Shown here piece after piece: positions 61,201-64,000 of a stretch of 64,000 nucleotides of DNA. This DNA is from Mobula birostris (taxonomy: Eukaryota), in the NCBI RefSeq assembly GCF_030028105.1, contig NC_092380.1, forward strand, positions 82,581,717-82,645,716, given 5' to 3'. The stretch's first letter is position 1, and every line of letters starts with the position of its first letter. The notes beneath the pieces were generated by a model. That model did not search any database and had not been told where the DNA came from. It saw only the letters and a program-made list of their open reading frames with translations. Both the position numbers and the translations under genes were made by a program.

Positions 61201-63766
61201 GAATAATGAGCCAACACCCAGGTGTGTTAAGCAGGAGGGAAGAAACAGATGATATAATTGATGATCCATTTACATTAGCAGAAATGGTGAGAGCAATAAA
61301 GGGATCGAGACCAACCTCCCCAGGGAAAGATCTGATATGCTCCGTGATGCTAAAAAATCTAGGAGAAGGAGCGCTCTTGAAGTTGCTGCATTTTTATAAC
61401 AGAGTGTGGGAGGAGGGAAGATTACCAAGTGCATGGAAGGAAGCAGTAGTAATTCCAATAAGGAAGCCTGGCAAGGATCTGTCAAAACCCACTAGCTACA
61501 GACCAATTGCATTAACATCAAGTATATGTAAGATAATGGAAAGGATGATAACAGAAAGGTTATCATATGAGCTTGAGAAAAGGGGAATGCTGGCAAGTTA
61601 TCAGAGTGGTTTTAGAAAGGGAAGGAATTCCATGGACTCAGTGATTATGTTAGAGACTGAAATAAGGAAGGCCGAGGCAAATAGAGAGTCAGTAGTGGCA
61701 GTGTTCTTTGACATTGAAAAAACCTATGATATGATGTGGAAGGAAGGATTATTAATTAAACTGCACAAGATGGGGGTTGGTGGGAGAGTTTTTAATTGGA
61801 TTAAAGATTTTTTGCTTGGTAGAAAAATTCAAGTTTGGATTGGATCAGAATTATCAAAACAGTACATAGTGGAAAATGGCACACCTCAAGGTAGTGTGAT
61901 TAGCACGTTACTTTTCATCATTATGATCATTGATGTCTTCACAAAGGTACCAGTGGATATAGGTAGGTCACTGTTTGCGGATGATGGGGCCTTGTGGAAA
62001 AGAGGCAGGAACATGGACCATATAATCAGGAAACTACAAGAAGCAATTGATGAAGTGGTGGAGTGGGGTTATGATTGGGGATGTAGATTTTCAGTAGATA
62101 AAACTCAAACTGTATTTTTTTACCAGGAAAAGGGTTGAGGTAGGGAAGAAGTTAAGGATGTATGGGGTTGAATTAGAAAGGGTTGCATCATTTAAATTTC
62201 TGGGAGTTATATTTGATTCAGGATTAACATGGGCAGACCATATCAGGAAAGTTGAGGAGAAATGTAAAAAAGTATTAAATATGATGAGATGTTTGACTGG
62301 TAGGGAATGGGGAGCAAGTTGTTCAGCTTTGAAGAGAATGTATGTGGCTTTAGTAAGATCTGTATTGGATTATGGAAATATAGTATATGGATCAGCAGCT
62401 AGGTCTCTTATAAGGAAACTGGATGTGATTCAGGCTCAGGCCTTGAGAGTGTGCAGTGGGGCTTTTAAAATGTCACCAGTGTCAGCCCTACAGGTAGAAA
62501 TGGAAATAGTGCCTTTGGAACTAAGAAGGATGCAACTGATGGCAAGCTACTGGGCTAACTTGCAGGGGCACAATGATTCTCACCCTACTAAAGGAGTGTT
62601 GCAGGAGTGCTGGGAAAATGGGAGGTTTCAGAGGGATACCTTTAGTCGGGTAGGGAATGATATCGCGAAAGAATGTGGAGTATTTGATCTGAGGATAAGT
62701 CCTTCAGTAGTTTATCCGGCTGTAGCTCCATGGAAGCTTGTATGGCCTGACATAGACTGGCATTTGTTAGAGGTAAAAAGGAAAGAAAGATATAAAACAG
62801 ATTTGGTAAATGCATTTAACTGTCATGTGATGGAAAAGTATAGTGATTATACTCACATTTATATGGATGGTGCGAAGGAACCTGAAACAGGAGTGACAGG
62901 GTTTGGGGTGGTAATACCAGCAAAAGAAATTGGAATCAGCAGAAGAACATCTAATAAGTTAGGGGTGTTTACAGTGAGGTGCTGGCAGTGTTGGTTGCGT
63001 TGCAATGGGTGCAGAAAGCCAGACAAGCCAAAGCATTGATATGTTCAGATTCATCCTCAGTTCTAGCAAGTTTAAGGTCTTTTCACACAAACAGTCGGCA
63101 AGATGTACTTTATGAAGTCCTTCAGTTAGTTACAAGAATTGCAAATCAGGGAGGTCAGGTAAAATTTCTGTGGGTTCCAGCACATGTAGGGGTGAAGGGG
63201 AATGAGAGGGTGGATGAGTTGGCAAAGAGGGCGTTAAAGAAAGAAAATGTGGAAATGCACATTAGTATCGGTAAAGCAGAGGTTAAGTGTGTAATCTGGG
63301 AAAAAGTCAACCGAATGTGGCAAGAAAGATGGGACAGGGAGGGGAAAGGGAGGCATTTATATCAAGTACAAAAGAGTGTTGCAGTTACTAGGGTAGGTAA
63401 TGGAAACAGAAGAGAGGAAATTGTGTGTACTAGGTTAAGGCTGGGGCATTGTGCATTAAACAAAACATTGAAAATGATAGGGAAACACCAGACAGGATTG
63501 TGTGAGGAATGTCAGGAAGAGGAGTCAGTAGAACATGTAGTTTTGTGTTGCAGGAAGTATGGGATACAGAGAGAGATGATGAGAAATAAATTAAGGGAGT
63601 TGGAGATGCAGGAATTCACATTAAAAGGGTTGCTGGACATGGGTGAGAGAGCACAAGTCCGGGTATTTTTAGCGTTTTTAAGGGGTACAGGGTTTTTTTT
63701 ATAGAATATGACGAATAAACAGGAGTAGGATACTAGGATGGTCAAAGATGGGAGGGTGAAGTGTAG

Positions 63767-63805
<39 letters not shown>

Positions 63806-64000
63806 TGTGTGCGCGTGCGCACGCACGATTGGGTGAAGGGATTTAGAATGTATGTCTAGTGCACATTCTGGAGCAGAGGGTGGCGGTAATGCACCATTAA
63901 GTTGGATGCCAACTGCCGTAAAACAAGATACAGACAGACAGACTCTCTGTTTCCTCAGCACTACCGGCCCCTCCACCTATCTTTGTATCGTCAGCAAACT
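61201..64000 (+). mobile_element. I/Nimb-clade LINE with RT and RNase H, 5'-truncated
   Basis: YRPIALTS, FFDIEKTYD, GTPQGS and FADD (RT); YMDG, SDS and WVPAHVGVKGNERVD (RNase H); C-terminal CEEC...EHVVLCC. Only two single-base frameshifts; 3' UTR contains (GT)n. Confidence 0.88.

Overview
Vertebrate genomic DNA containing the RAG locus, most likely from a cartilaginous fish (probably a batoid; inferred from repeat content and RAG sequence style). It holds intact, single-coding-exon RAG1 (+, 31260-34412) and RAG2 (-, true start 48895, stop 47336), convergent and about 12.9 kb apart. A small CpG-rich promoter at about 54590-54800 has ZNF143 and ETS motifs and a splice donor, matching the NWC/IFTAP promoter known to lie in the RAG2 intron. 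Candidate non-coding first exons are proposed for RAG1 (about 25.0-25.15 kb) and RAG2 (about 58.3-58.5 kb). The main surprise is absent from the ORF track: about 18-20 kb upstream of RAG1 lie two spliced exons of an ELF5-like ETS gene, each with a premature stop, i.e. an ELF5 pseudogene where mammals have TRAF6. The exon/intron junction of its ETS exon has been tandemly amplified into a minisatellite of about 54 copies of its own 5' splice site. The rest is dense with CR1, Rex1/Babar, L1, Nimb/I LINEs, SINEs, a PNMA-type Gypsy remnant and pogo/Tc1/hAT elements. All homology calls are by eye, and repeat boundaries are approximate.
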